Of a stretch of DNA of 64,000 nt, positions 12,411 through 24,764 are shown piece after piece. The translations under genes were made by a program, and so were the position numbers. Each line of letters opens with the position of its first letter. The first letter of the stretch is position 1. The stretch lies in assembly GCA_036785375.1 (NCBI GenBank), contig JAWMAR010000098.1, positions 3,286,001 through 3,350,000 of the forward strand, written 5' to 3'. The notes under the pieces are model-generated. The model made no database searches, was not told the DNA's origin, and was given only the letters and a program-made list of their open reading frames with translations. The stretch is from Leucoraja ocellata (Eukaryota).

Positions 12411-12701
12411 TTAGTTTAGAGATACAGCGCAGAATCAGGCACTTTTGGCTCACCGAGTCTGGGCCGACCAGCTAGCACTAACCTGCACACGATGGACAAT
12501 TTAGCATTTTTACCGAAGCCAATTAACTTACAAACCTTTACGTCTTTGGAAAGTGGGAGGAAACGGGAGCTCCCGGAGAAAACCTACACGGTCACAGTGA
12601 GAACGTACATGTTCCGTATAGACAGCACCCGTAGTCAGGATCGGACACGGGTCTCTGGCCCTGCAAGGCAGCAACTATACTGCTGCATCATAGTGTCACC
12701 C
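12411..12701 (-). mobile_element. V-SINE/HE1-like SINE
   Basis: Reverse-complement homolog of 4631-4914. Its tail is split by the MITE, with the remainder at ~12126-12158. Confidence 0.8.
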
Positions 12702-13099
12702 AACATAGTGGTCACAGACTTCAAGAAAATAATCAAGTTTTCCCCCTCTCCATACACAATTTTGGTCTTTAGCCATATCCTCATTCTGAAAATACCCATC
12801 TGTACCCATGTGATCCATCTCTCTTGTATCTGGAGGCCACACATTATTTAAAGGCTGCCACTTCCTTCTGCATTCACACACCTTTCATTTATTTAATATC
12901 AGAGTACTTCTGCCTTTGGTGCAACCGACTCCTTCCACAAACAATTCTTGCGAACTGGTTTTTACACTTGTTTTTCTCTCTGACTGCACTGCTAAGTACA
13001 TTCGCTAGTTATTTCTGAAGCAAGGCGTGGCAGGTAACAATTGATGTTTCATTCTTGCAACATTTTCTAATATCATGCAAAAGAAAATTATATTCAGCA

Positions 13100-13430
13100 G
13101 CATACAAAATCATGAAGGGAATAGATAGGGTGAATGCACAGAGTATTTTTCCCCGAATAGAGGAATCAAGAACCAGAGAACATTGATTTAAGGTGAGGGG
13201 CAAGATTTAATAGGAACCTGAAGGACAACGTTGATCAATATAGGGTGGTGGGTATATGGAAAGAGCTGCCAGAGGAGGCAGGTAGTGTAACAGCATTTTA
13301 AAGACACTCGGACAGGTATATGGATAGGAAAAGTTTAGAGTGATATGGGGCAAACATGGGCAAATGGAACTAACATCTTGGTTAGCATGCATGAGTTGGG
13401 TCTGTTTGCATGCTCCATGACTTTATGATA
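13100..13430 (+). mobile_element. CR1 LINE 3' fragment
   Basis: Reads YKIMKGIDRVNAQSIFP..ESRT, the CR1 ORF2 C-terminus, followed by a CR1 3'UTR. Confidence 0.85.
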
Positions 13431-13681
13431 CTCTTAAGGAGGCACTAAAGAATTATTGAGTGACTATTGGAAGAAAAATAGGCCTGTTGCTGCAACATTC
13501 AGTGGTGCTCAAGGTACTATTGGAGCGTGTAGCATAGGGATTGCTGGGAGTTTAAGTTGGGGAGTATGGTTTGGAAATATGGTTGTTCACGGAATAATTA
13601 ATAATGGACATTGGAATAATGGGATCGGATCTGCCAGTCTGGCTGTGCACAGAGAATGATACCATCTAGTGTTTGCCTGGT

Positions 13682-13953
13682 AAGCCATTTAGAACGGAGA
13701 CGAGGAAACACTTTTTATCACAGAGAGTGGTGAGTCTGTGGAATTCTCTGCCTCAGAGGGCGGTGGAGGCAGGCTCTCTGGATGCTTTCAAGAGAGTGCT
13801 AGATAGGGCTCTTAAAAATAGTGGAGTCAGGGGATATGGGGAGAAGGCAGGAACTGGGTACTGATTGGGGATGATCAGCCATGGTCACATTGAATGGAGC
13901 TGCTGGCTCAAAGGGCCGAATGGCCTACTCCTGCACCTATTGTCTATTGTCTA
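13682..13953 (+). mobile_element. Young CR1 3' end with (TATTGTC)n tail and 9-bp TSD
   Basis: PFRTETRKHFLSQRVVSLWNSLPQRAVEAGSL. TSD ttgcctggt at 13673-13681 and 13954-13962. Confidence 0.92.
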
Positions 13954-14606
13954 TTGCCTGGTGCAAACATTGGCATCATCAGTGTGTGCAATTTGAAATT
14001 GGACATGCTTAGTTGAGTTTAGCATGGAACACAATTCAACTTTATAATGGTCTCAATCGTGTCCTCTCCGTAATCATTGTAGTACGTCTGTGAACCTTCT
14101 GTCCAAGTTCATTCTTCCTTTCCTTGCCATTTAAGATCCTGACCGGTTATGATCTTGAAACAAGTGCCCAAATATTCCAGTTATTCTTGTCCCTCCTAAC
14201 ATGTCTGACTGTCAGAATGTCATCACCCGACTGTACAGTGTTGGTAAAAGCTTGCACGGAGTCAGAGTGCTCTGTGCAATACTTCAGGTGCATATCTCCC
14301 TGTTCTAAATAATGTAACTTCAAGGATGGAAACTCGTCTTCCTCAAAGAGGTCTTCAGGGACAGGAAGAAATTAATCAAAACCATCTTATACAATTAGAT
14401 TTTAAAAATCACTTGCCCTAATTTTGAAATCTTCTCAAAATATTGTACAGTAATTAAACGTGTTAAGTTGCATTATAATTCACACGGAACTAATGGGCAC
14501 ACAACACTGCAATTTAACACAAAATGATCAGTTCAGCTCTTTAAGGCATTGATTGCGGGAGATGAAGATAGTATAAACGTGGTCTGGTTGCCCATGGGAT
14601 CTTAAA

Positions 14607-14705
14607 TAAAACAGAAAATGCTGGAGATACTCAGCAGGTCAGGCAGCATTTGTGCAGAGAAAATCAGTGCTCATATTTCAGGTCAATGATATTTCATCAG
14701 AACAA
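14607..14705 (-). mobile_element. Old PLE pLTR family fragment (CTGATGA-type hammerhead remnant)
   Basis: aaaacagaaaatgctgg..actcagcaggtcaggcagcat...tttcaggtc..ttcatcagaac. Relatives lie at ~21575-21905, ~24555-24725 and ~37758-37840. Confidence 0.6.
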
Positions 14706-15471
14706 ATGAGAGTTAATTTATCTAAAATGTCAATTCTGTATCTCTTGCTTTCAATACTAACGACATTCCATTTTCTTTTTAAAGTGGCCCCACCGGCCCA
14801 TTCTCCCTCATCCTCTGGCATACGATGCATTGGTTTCATATGCCATCTAAAAGGTATATCTCTGATGGTGGACCATTTCTTCAATACTGCACAAGCCTGA
14901 ATAATCTGCCCAAGTCTCTGATACAGAGCTGAGGGTTCTAGCATTGAGTCATTACCAAAACACAAGTTAATATAAGCTGCACTAAGTTTTTTATCAAACA
15001 CTAGGACAGATGTGTTTCTGCAAAAGAGCAGATCAAACTTAAGTTTTAAGTACTGGAATTTTAGCTCCAGTTATGCCTTAATGACTACAGCATTAATTAA
15101 AATTACATGCTTTTATTTTAAATCCAACTACTCATTTTAAATGATTTACAATGATCCATATTTTAAAAAGGGATAAGTGTGTATCACCTAATAGGGAAGT
15201 TTAAACATGATTACTTTAATATAAGTCCTGATTTGAAGCTTACATTTTCTTAGATTCACATCCAAGTGAAATCTTCAGTTATGAATGTGCCTGAGTCAGA
15301 AACAAATGAAAGCAATGTAGAAAGGATTTACAATAATAAAAAATAATGATCCTGTAGCTGCAGGCATAGTGTGCAATGTAGAGATGTGTCTCAACCTGTT
15401 TCTCACATCACCAATTTGTACTGAAAGTGGGCAAGGCCTTGATAGGGGAGAGAGGGGGCAGGATAAGAAAT

Positions 15472-15640
15472 ATCATGGAGTTGTACGGCACGGAAACAGG
15501 CCCTTCAGCCCACCTTTACTATGCTGACCCAGTTGGCATATTGGTCTAGTCCCATTTGGCTGCATTTAGCCCGCATCCCTCATAAACCCTTCCTATCCAT
15601 ACACCTGCCCAAATATCTTTCAAAAATCATAATTATATCC
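15472..15640 (-). mobile_element. CR1 LINE 3' end
   Basis: ggaaacaggcccttcagccca...ctagtcccatt...aaacccttcctatccat, homologous to 57330-57480. Confidence 0.8.
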
Positions 15641-16444
15641 GCAATCTGACAAGAACAGAGAATACTCCGAATATGACAGGAGTAGAAAACGTCACAAGTG
15701 GAAATGTGATTTAAAATATTCAAAATACTTCGGAGAAAATATAAAAAGAAACAGGGTGGAAACAAATATATCGTCCCTCATAAAAACAGTAGCTCAAAGC
15801 CATTCATATAGATAAACTATTTGAAGTTGCTATGTAGGCAAATATTCAAACAAATGAATTCTGCCATTGAGCACGTGTGCAATTATAAGGATTAATGTGA
15901 AAAGAAAGCACCTTGATAAATGTGACCTTATATTTTTGCTTCCATACCTATTTGGCCACAGATTTTTTCCTGATAGTTAAAAGAAAATAAAGCAGAGGCT
16001 GTTCGCGTCTGATTACAATCCTGACCCTGGACAAACGGGCCAGTTTGCTTCGTCCCAAGTATCATATTTACCATAGAGAAATCAATAAACACATTTGTTG
16101 ATCAGTACCTAATTTTGATAGAAATTTATTTGGTGTCCTTTAGCCACATAAATGCAAGCAGGTTTAAAAAAGAACGAGCACAGTAGAATATGTCCACTTT
16201 ATGGAACAAGATAGAGATCTTTTTGCTTGTAAGGGAAAACAGAATAATTAAGTCACATGAGGAACATCTGCCCTTAAGTACAATTGCACAACACATTTAC
16301 CACCACACCAGTAATGCTTTAAACCCACAAAGTACAACAAATCCTGTTTGTGCTGTACCGCGCATAGATTCTCCACTCCCCTTTAATGCTTTTTCTTTTT
16401 AAGAACGGTTAATTATAACTGATTGGTTCCTGACTTTCCCCAAG

Positions 16445-17142
16445 CACAAAGGAAGCACAAGAAACTACAGATGCTGGAATTGTGAGCAAACAACAAGTTG
16501 CTGCCTTTATATTGGTGAGACTAAGCATAGACAAGGCGACCATTTTGCCAAACACTTGCACTCTATCCGACAAGGCACGTTGGATCTCTCGGTTGCTAAC
16601 CATTTTTAACTCACCTTCCCATTCCCACACTGATCTGTTTTTCCTTGGCCTCGTCCATTGCTCGAGTGAGGCTACACGCAAACTGGAGGAACAGCAACCT
16701 ATATTCCTCTTGAGTAGCTTACAACAGGATGAATATTGAGTTCCCCAACTTCAAGTGATATGTCCCCTACCCTCTCTCACTTTCCCATGATTCTCATTTC
16801 CACTCTTGTACACTCCCATTTCTCCCAGTATCACCCACCTCACCAGTCATCTGCTCCTTTCCCCTCACATATACACAACCCTCTGGCTTTATATTTCACT
16901 GCTCCCCTAGTTATCTGACACACTTTTGTCTCAGTTTCATCTCTAGTCTTTGTCACTTACTCCACCCATCTGCCATTGAAACCCCCCTCACCTGTAGCCA
17001 AAAATCACTTACCAGGCTTTGTCTCCCCCCCCTCCCCCCACATCAGTCAGTCTAAAGAATGGTCCCATCCACAAAATGTCATCTGTCCATTCTCTCCCCA
17101 ATTGCTGTCTGACCTGCTGAGTTCCTCCAACACTTTGCGTTT
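16445..17142 (+). mobile_element. Degenerate PLE with inverted 5' pLTR piece
   Basis: Decayed GIY-YIG (..FNSPSHSHTDLFFLGLVHCSSEATRKLEEQQPIF) and a pLTR at 17045-17142. An inverted pLTR tail sits at 16450-16495. Confidence 0.8.
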
Positions 17143-17779
17143 TCCCAAAATACTATGTGGTTCGAACATCATCTACCAAGAAGATAAGTAATGCACATGT
17201 TCTTGTTGTTCTGGTGCAGTTCACATTGAGTTAACTTATAGTTTGTCTATTTTTCTCCATAATGGCTACTTAACGAGCTACCCACTCAGTTTTAAGAAGG
17301 AGATCAAGAGTCAACACTACACTTCTGAGACATGAGCTGAGAGGCAAAAGAAAGGCCAACCATGCCTTCATGTCATTCAACATAATCATACTTTCCTGCA
17401 GTACTAGCTAAATAGCAATCTGAAGAAATCCTGAGAGCTTCTTTCAGTTCATTAGCCCAAGAGTAACGAGATTACACGTTGTGCTTCTACTGCACGTGAA
17501 TTAAACTAATTCGACAAAGACCTTGCATCAAAGTTGGGACTCTTTGATTTAAACACAAAAATCCAACTTATCTCTCTCTACATACTTCTCTCACACTATT
17601 TGGCATTGCCCAGAGTGGAAAATATTGCTTTTACCAGATACATATTTTGCAATATATTTGACCACTTTCAAACACTGCAAAAAATCAACACTTATTCAAC
17701 AACACATGGGTGATGATGAAGGTAGTCCAGGATTTTGGCCCAAGTGCAATGAAAGGTCAGCAATATATTTCCAAGAGAC

Positions 17780-17997
17780 GGTTTTTGAACTGGTTGTTAG
17801 TGTTGCTGTGTTGTTAGATTGTTGTGGGGATGGCTGGTTTGGGTGATGGACTGGGCTGTGTTCACAAGTCTTTGCGGTCTTGGCCAGAGCAGTTGCCATA
17901 TGTAGTAGATGCATCCAGATGGAATGCTTCTATGCTGCATCCAGATGGAATGCTTCTATGCTGCATCCAGATGGAATGCTTCTATGCTGCATCTGTA
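17780..17997 (-). mobile_element. Rex1/Babar RT C-terminal fragment containing a 26-bp triplication
   Basis: Minus strand resembles YRC.IESI.SGC....YGNCSGQD. The unit gcatccagatggaatgcttctatgct repeats perfectly at 17911, 17937 and 17963. Confidence 0.7.
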
Positions 17998-18552
17998 CTG
18001 GAGAAAGAACATGACTGGCTTCTACAGCACAAGATTTCTTACGTGCAAAAATCAATTTCCAGCCAATGGTTCCCACCCCACCCCATTCCAGGAATCAATT
18101 CAGTATATAAATGTTGCATTGACACCAAGAAAAATACATGGTGCCTTTAAATATGAAGACTCAGTACTCCAGATGTATTTGCACCATGTTGCAGGACTGA
18201 CTTGATTCAATGATTACGGAATCATGTCACTTGGGTCACAGCATGTGGCTGTGTTGTTTTGCTTACATTTATTTGTGTGCTGTGACTTCTCCAAGGCTGA
18301 ACCCCATTTTTAGCTCATCTTTGTCTGCTCTTGCCATGATCTTTTACACCGTACAATGAACAGCCTTGGCCTGCTGACTAAACAGCAATGATAGTGAGTG
18401 ATAGGATGGGACACAAGGTTGCAATACAACTCTCCTGCGACTGCTGCTCTTACTGGCAATCTGTTGGCCTCAGTGTATTTTATTTTCCTTTTGCATTGCC
18501 AGATCCACGATAAATTTATTCCTTTTCTTTCAATGATAGTTTCATACAACAA

Positions 18553-18752
18553 AAAAGATAGACACAAAATGCTGGAGTAACTCAGCGGGACAGGCAGCAT
18601 CTCTGGCTTGGAGGAATGGGTGAAGTTTCGGGTTGAGACCCTTCTTTAGACTTACCAATTCCTTCTATCCAGATATGCTGCCTGTCCCGCTGTGTTTTAC
18701 TCTGGCATTCTGTGTCTCTCTTTGGTGCAAACCAGACTCTGCAGTTCCTTTT
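18553..18752. mobile_element. Foldback PLE-pLTR element
   Basis: Short arm aagatagacac...ttagact and an inverted long arm ending ctgcagttcc. Confidence 0.85.
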
Positions 18753-19309
18753 TGCAGTCTCATACTATACATGGCTCATTCTACCAGTGCACTCTTGGAC
18801 AAATACATCTACAACAGGTTTATTGGTAAATGACGGCACACAGGTTTTCCCAGTATTGGATGCCTTGGATACATCTGCAGTATGGCAATATTTTTCAGAA
18901 GCCAGGCAGTTGTGATGCTACAAAGATATTCATGTTGATGGGCAGTGAAGTTCTCCAACCTTGATATTCCCATTGCGTTTTCCAAGTTGTGTTCAAAAAG
19001 TGCTGATTCTCACATAGGAGGGAAGACAGGAGTAAGCAAACAGGTTTCCTATCCACGTTTAGCCTCTTGCCACAAAACATAATCAGATCCAGAGCTGATG
19101 TTGAGTGTCCAAGCCAATCCTTCCTGACTTGGGTATACAGTATTGAGTGTATGTATAGCCTCCGAGAATTTTTTTGCATGGTTCCTGTATTGTCTATGTT
19201 TATTTACTTGAATAAAGTGTACTTTAATTATTTTTTTAAATCCTTCCCGACTGCATTTCACTGTGTCACCACACATAGCGAGTCTGTTAAACAGACAGGC
19301 AAAGGTGTC

Positions 19310-19660
19310 GAAATGAAGAACTGCAAATGCTGGTTTACACAAAGTGCACAAGGGTATCAGGGGTTCTGGGGAGAAGGCAGGAGAATGGGGTTAGGAGGGA
19401 GAGATAGATCAACAATTATTGAATGACAGTATGGACTTGATGGGGCCGAATTCTGCTCCTTTCACTTATGACCTTATGACCCTATGCTGGAGCAACTCAG
19501 CGGGTCAGGCTGCATCCCTGGAGAACATGGATAGGTGATGTTTCAGATCAGGACCCTTCTTCAGACTCTAAGGAAGGGTTCCGAGCCCAAACGTCACCTA
19601 TCCATGTCCTCCATAAATGCTGCCTGACCTGCGGAGTTACTCCAGCACTTTGTGTCTTTT
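19310..19660. mobile_element. Foldback PLE-pLTR element with nested CR1 3' end (~19352-19483, plus)
   Basis: The left arm is split by a CR1 end with a (TATGACC)n tail. The centre carries hammerhead-like motifs on both strands (19533-19600). Confidence 0.8.
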
Positions 19661-20807
19661 CTTTTGGGCAAAGGTATACTCAGGAATGGTGCTGGTGGTA
19701 CTTGGGACATGAGTGAGAAATATAATTCTTTGTATAGGACATCAGGCTGCTGCTGAACTAGCCTGTGCAGCAGCTCTCTAAATGTTGGCACGGGTCCCCA
19801 ATTGTCAGTAAAGAGGGTTTGGCAAGGCAAGCTTCCTATGTGCACATTTGTTTTTATCATGTCCCGTGGTCCAAGGAGTTTTATTCTTGTAGTAATATGT
19901 ATTTTAGACTTTTTTTTAAAAATCAAGTGCTTTTCCAATCAATCATTTCAAAGGACAGATACAAGTCAACCACAATGCTATATACCCTGAATCACACTAG
20001 AGCCAGACCAAATATGGCAACAGATTTTCTCCATTAAACAGCATGAGAGAACCAGATGGATATTTATGACAACCAGTAGCTTCATATTCATCCTGACTGA
20101 TATTTTTTGTTGATTAAGATAATTAACTGAACTTAAGCTCCCCAGCTGCCTTGCTGCATTTTGTCATCTCATTTCCTGTTTGTCTCCCAGGCCTATGGAC
20201 AACTGATCCTGCAACATAACCACAACACTATGGTAGCCGAGAGAACGTGAAAACAATTGAGGCGTCGCCTACAAAATGTAACACATATTAAAATATTCAA
20301 TTGTCATTTTAATTTACTGCCCCTTTGAAATACTGCTTGTTAATTAAAACTTTCAGAAAATAAATCCTATTCCATATTGGTAATGCAATTCCACGTAGGA
20401 GTTCTCATGGAGTCCAGATCTCCTATCAGAAGTGTAGATATGAGCAGTGGGTCTTAATTCAATGGAATATTTTCGTGATACAACAACATTCCATATCAAC
20501 CGTCCCGTTTTCTAATTTGGCATCTTAATTCTCAGGCATTAATACCTTGGTCAGAATTTCACATTGATGGTTCCATGATCATAGTATTTGAACATGTGTA
20601 TTCCATCGGTGCAAAAGCTTTGGTGTTCAATTACAGCTAGAAAACCCATCTGCACTTAAAGGACTTGCTGTCCAAACCTACAGTTGTGACAACATGGAAA
20701 TCATCCAGAGTATCCATCCAATGTTACGTACCATAAGACTGGGTGAATTACATGTACAGATACTCCCCGACATATGTAAGTGTTAGGTTCAGTGGACCAT
20801 TGTGTAA

Positions 20808-21114
20808 AGGGCCTGTCCCACTATACGAGTTTACCCAAGATCTCTCCCGAGTTTTAAAAAAAAATCGAACTCGTGGTAAGTACGTAGAATGTACGTAGCT
20901 GGTACGTCGGAGCTCGGGACGTCTCTTAGCGGCTCGTAACGCTAAGGCAAGTACTCGGGAAACGAGGTAAGCTCGTGAAGTTTTTTCAACATGTTGAAAA
21001 ATGTCCACGAGAGCCCCGAGTACCTACGAGCGGCTATCACCATAATTCTATGAGTTCAAATCAGGGGAAACTCGGGAGAACTTTTGAATTACCTCATACA
21101 GTGGGACAGGCCCT
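20808..21114. mobile_element. PIF/Harbinger-type MITE (family B)
   Basis: TIRs agggcctgtcccact / agtgggacaggccct extend imperfectly to ~47 bp. Flanked by TAA (20805-20807) and TTA (21115-21117). Confidence 0.85.
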
Positions 21115-21177
21115 TTAGTCGGATGCTACATACGTCAGAAACGGAAATGCTACTGCGGATGTGTAAATGTACTATTC

Positions 21178-21402
21178 AACATGGAGACCATGTGGGATCT
21201 CCGTCTCGGGCACCATGTGGGAGCTCCGATGTGGAGACCACAGGGAAGCTCCAACACGGAGGGCAAGGGGTAGCTCCAATGTGGAGACCATGTAGGGGCT
21301 CCAAGGTGGAGACCACGGGGGAGCTCCGACAAGAGGAGCACTGCTGCAGAGATCATGTGGGAGCTCCAACGTGGAGACCATGGGAGAGCTCCCACACGGA
21401 GG
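21178..21402. repeat. Degenerate ~25-bp minisatellite (gtggagaccatgtgggagctccaac-like, about 8-9 units)
   Basis: Recurrent ggagacca and gagctcc motifs at ~25-bp spacing. Confidence 0.8.
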
Positions 21403-22130
21403 CTTCAAGGGACTTAAAGGATTTCCGCACACTTATGTAAGTGCGAATTTATGCAAATTTATGCAAGTCACCTATTACTTAGGTCGAGAAGTGCCTGTAT
21501 AGTCAATGGCATAACAAGGATAATGGAATTTCCATAGGATTATGGCAGTTGGATGAAAACATAAATAAAATAAAACAAAAAACAGAACGCTGGAAGAGGT
21601 CAGTGGGTCAATGAGGGAGATGATACTGGTTCTTGACCTAAAACATTGACATACATCTTCTGCCTTCACAGATGAGATCAACCTACTGAGTTTTACCAGC
21701 CTTTTATGTTTTGTTCCAGATGTTAGCATCTGCGGTCTCTTTTGCCTTCATAAGCAAAGCAATCGACTGCAGATGCTGGAAATCTTAAATAAAAGCAGGA
21801 AATTCTGGATATACACAGCTGGCTGGACAACGTCTTTGGAGAGGGAGAGCAAGAGAGAAAATCTTCCTGTTTCAGCTCAATCATTCTTTTCATCAGAACT
21901 GATAGCGGACCAGAGGATTGATGAAAGGTAACTGGCCCAAAGCGTGGTTTGGGAATAACTGATACAACCAATCCAGATAAGGCAGAAGTGGCCAACAAAG
22001 TGCATCACTCTGCTACAGTAGACCACAACAGATTAGAACATGCAGTCAGTGTAAGACCCATAATGAAACCTTAGCACATACTTCAGGCACTAGTGTAAAG
22101 AATGCAAGAATGAAGGGGTATATCAAGATT

Positions 22131-22351
22131 TATAGGAAGGAACTGCAGATGCTGGTTTAATTCGAAGATAGACACAAAAAGCTGGAGTAACACAGTGGGA
22201 TAGGCAGCTTCTCTGGAGAGAAGGAATGGGTGATGTTTCGGATCGAGAGTCTGAAGAAGGGTCTCGTCCTGAAAATGTCACCCATTCCTTCTCACCAGGG
22301 ATGCTTGTTGCCTGTCCCACTGAGTTACTGCAGCATTTTGTGTCTATCTTA
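22131..22351. mobile_element. Foldback PLE-pLTR element with ~11-bp TSD
   Basis: Long arm on the left; the short arm ends gtgtctatctt. Flanks are ggtatatcaag (22117-22127) and ggtacatcaag (22352-22362). Confidence 0.85.
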
Positions 22352-23499
22352 GGTACATCAAGTTTGTTATCTGTCCGTGAGCATGGAGCGATGACGTATG
22401 TGGAACCCCACCTATGTTTCATGAATGGGGCTTTTATAGAACTCTGTATCTTATTCTACACACGCTGCCTGATCAGCAGAGTATTTTGAGTATTTTAATT
22501 TCCCCGAATCCATAGATCTCTGCGTACAAAATAATCACGGTGAATTTGGTGCTGATTCTTGACTGTTAAAATGGCAACTCCACATTTTGAATTGCTCGAG
22601 GGCATGCCCTGAATGGTTCCTTTCTCATAAAAATTTGTGTTTGATGCAGACAGATTGTGACTGATGTAATAATTCTGAGTGAGTGTGTGCCAAGAGTGTG
22701 CTTTTCTTTTGAATTTGACCGCAGTTTGGAAGAATTTGCAAACCTCCATTGGTTGAATTGCGGAGGTAATTTCCTTCTCTCTTTCTCAGTGGTAAATCCA
22801 ATGCAAATTGTCCAGTATAGATTTTAGGTGACCTTCGGCACAGTACAAAACACTGGTATAAAGTGAGATAAATTGCGTCTGTTACTGATCACTGGAGGGT
22901 TTGATGAAATTCTATGGCCACGCAGCGTATGCGGGTTTTCGATAGAAATAAACTGCGCTATATTCACATTGCATATTTGAAAGCACTGCTGGCTTTGCCG
23001 ATACGCGGTCTAATTAACTGTTTCTAAAATTTCAATTAGGCCGACCCATTGTAACCCCATGAAGGATGGAATGAAATAGCTTCTGTGTTGAGAACATTTT
23101 AAATTCTTGTAGATATTTGATTATTCCGACCATTAAAGTTCCATTTGATGATTTGTAAAAATAAGCAGCATGTCCCTTATTTCTTTGCAAGCCATTCAGA
23201 AGTTAGTTACAAAAAGAACATTAAAAGGACTGCGCATCGTTATGGATCGCTGTAGTAAGTGAAAATTGTTTATACACATTTGAAGAGTCACCTTAGTGTT
23301 GGGGGAGGGGTTTGTTATGGTGATCGTATACAGTTACACAATAACCAGAATATGTAATCTCATCTTCGATATTCTAATAAACTATTTCCATTAGCGACCC
23401 AAATATAGTTCAGTCGTTTCCATTTTATAAGCGTAAGAGTCTGCATTGATGCTGACAAAGAAGTGAATAGATGGTTTTTCTAGACTTTGCAGCACGCTT

Positions 23500-23732
23500 C
23501 ATAAGGTCATAAGTGATAGGAGCAGAATTAAGTCATCACGTCACCTTCACCATTCAATCATGGATGGTCTATCTCTACCTCCTAACCCTATTCTCCTGCC
23601 TTCTCCCCGTAACCCCTGACACCCATGCTAATCAAGAATGTATCTATCTCCGCCTTAAAAATATCCATTGATTTGGCCTCCACAGCCCGCCACAGTGGCA
23701 AAGAATTCTACACATTCACCACCCTCTGACTG
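23500..23732 (-). mobile_element. CR1 LINE 3' end
   Basis: cataaggtcataagtgataggagcagaatta...ccattcaatcatgg...aaagaattc; same family as 6977, 27302 and 62685. Confidence 0.85.
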
Positions 23733-24764
23733 AAGTTAGTTAAGTTGAACTTTGAGGAGGGCTAAAGGCCGTACCAGGTAATACTGGATATTTCTGACAT
23801 GGGATGCCTAAACTATTATGTATCGATACACTGTAAATGGCTAGATTGTAACCATGTATTGTCTTTCCGCTGAATGGTTAGCATGCAACAGAAGCTTTTC
23901 ACTGTGACACGTGACAATAAACTTAATTAAAAATGGAAATAATTATTTAAAAATAATACTTAAAGACTATTGTTGTACAAAGATGGGGGGAAATGCATGT
24001 AATGAAATCCAGTGCAGAAACTACAATGGGCGTACCACCAAAGGAAAACCATCACATGCCATGTCCAAGGTTGGAGCACTGTATGGCAGACGCACACGAT
24101 GGGAAAATTATTCTAATTGTTTTAAGCAGTGTGGATCATTTTAATCTCCATAGAGACAACAGCCTACTTACGCAAAATGAAATGATTAAGCATTGCTTTG
24201 ATAACAATGGCGTGAACCAGTGACCACACCAGTGAAAAAAAAGATGCACTTAGTATTCCCCAGGCTTGTGTTACTCAGAAACACTGTGTAGTATTCACAA
24301 CCATCCAGCACAGGTTCTCAAACCCACCAGCATGGGTACAATCCAACAATCAGAGAGACAATTCATTAAATGTACATTGTCTATTTCCAGTACATGAAAG
24401 TCAGAACTTCGACACAATAAAAAAGCTAATTTCAATCTGGATGGATTTGAGAGTCCTACAAAGGTGGGGGTTGGATAGGATCATTATGATTCTAATTAAC
24501 TTAATTGGTGAAATGGTTGACCAAAGCAGAGAAAAATATTCCAAAAAACGAAAGTAGCTGGAGATGTTAAATAAAATGGAAAATGTTGGAACATTCAGCA
24601 GGACAGCTCCATGCTCGGGGAGGGAAACACAGTTAATGTTTTAGGGGGAAAAAAACATGAACCTGAAACATTCATTCTGTTTCTCGCCTCCCATAAACTG
24701 TCTGACCAGCTGAGTATTTCCAGTATACTGAATGATATTAGAATGGAGCTGAGAATGTACAAGG

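Larger units (their letters stand above)
20757..21497. mobile_element. Tigger/pogo-like (Tc1/mariner) MITE with TA TSD
   Basis: TA|cagatactccccgacatatgtaa ... ttacttaggtcgagaagtgcctg|TA, with 19/25 matching by hand alignment including the TA. It hosts a Harbinger MITE and a 25-bp tandem array. Confidence 0.7.

Noticed and set aside
21178-21402. CRISPR-like array (25-bp repeats with internal palindrome)
   Set aside because: The units are contiguous and degenerate with no unique spacers, there are no cas genes, and the context is a vertebrate MITE interior.
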